A stretch of 22,865 nt of DNA, from contig JANKJI020000002.1 in assembly GCA_024626585.2 (NCBI GenBank), forward strand, positions 98,887,870 through 98,910,734, in the 5' to 3' direction. The DNA is from Ginkgo biloba (taxonomy: Eukaryota; Plantae; Ginkgophyta). Of the stretch, positions 20,500 to 22,865 are shown one piece after another. The position numbers were made by a program, and so were the translations under genes. The notes beneath the pieces are model-generated. The model was not told the origin of the DNA. It worked only from the letters and a program-made list of their open reading frames with translations, and ran no database searches. Positions within the stretch are counted from its first letter, which is position 1; each line of letters starts with the position of its first letter.

Positions 20500-22865
20500 T
20501 GCCATCAAAGGAGCAACATGTAGTTGATGCTCAACTGAGCACCAAGAGAACGAGGTACAACAAAAAATCATTGTAGCCAATAAAAAGACTCAAAAGAAAA
20601 ACCCATTAAAGAGTGGCAACTCGACCCCAGACAGGGAGAGTAGTAGCACACTAAGGGGTCAAAGAAGGAGACAGACACCCTCGATGCAAGTTCCATCGCC
20701 CAAAAAAGAAGAAGAAAGAGTAGAAGTTTTGGAGGACGTATCATCACAAAATCAACAAGAAAAAGAAGAAAATGACTTAGAGCATAATGAAAGGTTGACG
20801 AAGACCCCTACGATGATAATGAACAAAAGATAAATAATGATAAATATGATTCCCCCCAGCGACTTATGCTAGCAAGATAGGAAGGTTTCACGAATGGCAT
20901 TCAAGTAAAATTGGCAGTAAAAATTTAGGAAACTATAACACCAACTAGATCGTACTTAGTGTATCAAAGTTTGCTATACAAAATGGATTAGCATCCTAAG
21001 GATAGCAACCGTTTAATGTCGTAATATACAATGACAATTCATTCACTTGTCTATGTTATGATGGAACAACNNNNNNNNNNNNNNNNNNNNNNNNNNNNNN
21101 NNNNNNGTATTACCAACACGCTTCTAATAACCCACCTCGTCAAAATAAACAATGGGAGAGGAAGGTGAAACCAATATGTTGTCACTTTTTCCTATGATAG
21201 GGGCACGCTCGCACACAATATTTGGTTTAGAAAAATGGCCAGTTTATCTATAAAGAATATAGTCTTGGAGACCATGAGGGGGACAATTGCACTAATAATC
21301 CAAAAAATAAAACAAAGGCTTCAAACCTCGCTACGATTGTTCCAAACCCAGTAGAAACATTAAGACTCCAAACTCGCAGTGGGCATACATGCCAATGGAA
21401 AGACAAAAATGAATTGGACTTTCCTAAACCAACTAAGGAAAAGCTTCACTTTCAAGAAGTTATGAATGTAATTCAAGAAGCAATCAAAGGAGTGGAGCCA
21501 CTAAGAAACAACACCCAAATAAATGAGTTGAAGAAATCATTACCAATAAAGAGAGGTCGACAAGTCTATCAACATAAAGCAATCATTCCAACTATGGTGT
21601 AATCTTCACAACCAACCTATTATCGGATTACTCCTATTTTACCTACACCTTCAGACTGAGAGAAAAAGATCCAAATGTTACAACAACTGTGCTCTGAACT
21701 TCAAATCAATAACTGTTGGTAGTAGTAATTGAATGGTAGAAGAAGGGATCATTTATACCAAAAACAACCCAAACGCCCAATGTAAATTTAAGCACACACT
21801 TGGATGAGGATCCTAAAGTACCCATCCTAATTTTTTACTGCGTTGTGACAAAAACCATTGTGGATGGAGGATCAAGTGTAAATGTCTTACCTAAATCAAC
21901 ATGGATTCAACTTGGAGAACCAAAGTATTTTGGCAAATCAAACCATCATCAGATTGTTGGGTACGCTCCTAGTTATTCCAATCACTATAGAAGGGGTGAT
22001 GGTCAAGCAAGATTTCGTAGTCATGACCATGGAAGGCAATACTTTGTATCCAACACTATTAGATTGGCAATGGTTGTACGCAACAAGAGCAGTTTAGGAA
22101 TGGGGAAATAGAGAATTCACTTTATATGGTAATGGAAAGCATGTTAAAATTCCATTAGTATCAGACGGACCCCTTGCAAAGAAAGTAATGGGCAATGTAG
22201 CCATAACCTCAAGTACGACCATTCCTATATAAGCTACAACAAGTTCTTACTCGGAACCAACCTACCAAGCAGTTCAAAATCTGCTTATAGTGATGAGTGA
22301 AGATCAACATGAGCCGAATGAGCATGGTGAAATCCAAGTTGAGGACAATGATTCGACATCTGAATTCATGCTACATTAGTTGCAAGAAGCATACAAAGCA
22401 GTTGCACCACAGAGTTGCTATCATACTAGCATTGTATATGATGAGTCGCCCAACAACGAAGAATATATCAAAATTTTGTTCAATGAAGAGAAATCTAGTG
22501 ATGAGGAAACAAAGGAGTACATCGCCTTCACCAAAATCATGAAGAATTCTTAAAATGAAGTTATACAGAAAATCCCAAAATATCAAGATCAATCAAAGGA
22601 TGCAGAACAATGTGGATGGATAGTCACTTTTGGGAAAGTAAAAAATGGCTCACGATGTTTCTAATCACATTGGAAGAGACTACTTTCAGCTCGTACTTTG
22701 CACATCGTAATACCTTCCATGAACAACCATACTTGCTTCATTGTTTCGAACTTCGATTTATCCATGATCAACCACCATTATTACCAATATACCACAACTA
22801 AGTTGCACCTGAAGACCGTGTTAAGGCTTGTGAGCGTCTATAGAAAAAACATAGTATACCATGAA
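20500..22865 (+). pseudogene. gag-pol: Decayed Ty3/gypsy retrotransposon gag-protease region (probably non-chromovirus type), continuing beyond the window
   Basis: Acidic N-terminal tract, then FTNGIQVKLAVKI (gag-like), two degenerate CX2CX4HX4C knuckles (21180-21221, 21249-21290) and a QTRSG linker. Aspartic protease IVDGGSSVNVLP (Asp codon at 21863) continues after a frameshift as LANQ..I..LG.L..DFVVM...YPTLLDWQWL (LLGRPWL-like), followed by an acidic linker. RT is not reached. Left boundary approximate. Confidence 0.85.

Noticed and set aside
20511-20545. GAGCAACA followed by TGATGCTCAACTGAGC as the gypsy LTR end plus a Lys/Arg PBS
   Set aside because: It needs a 6-nt offset, several mismatches and a gap, and fits two different PBS types about equally poorly.

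Overview
AT-rich, CpG-depleted, heavily gapped eukaryotic DNA with no intact gene, RNA gene or CRISPR array that I can support. It reads as a land-plant transposon graveyard; the element types suggest a fern or another non-flowering plant (inference). Supported content: a decayed RTE-like LINE reverse-transcriptase C-terminus (1538-2550) interrupted by a 205-bp TIR-bounded MITE, three L1-type LINE remnants on the minus strand, several LTRs (one complete 739-bp LTR with a tRNA-Glu-like primer-binding site, and a related probable solo LTR carrying a variant-unit minisatellite), and a decayed Ty3/gypsy gag-protease region running off the right edge. There are also several local tandem duplications and one dispersed repeat pair. 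Eight gaps are exactly 100 N (size probably unknown), so adjacency across them is not guaranteed. I found no convincing novel biological system. The best leads are probably uncatalogued TE families. All protein assignments come from manual translation and remembered family motifs, not database searches.
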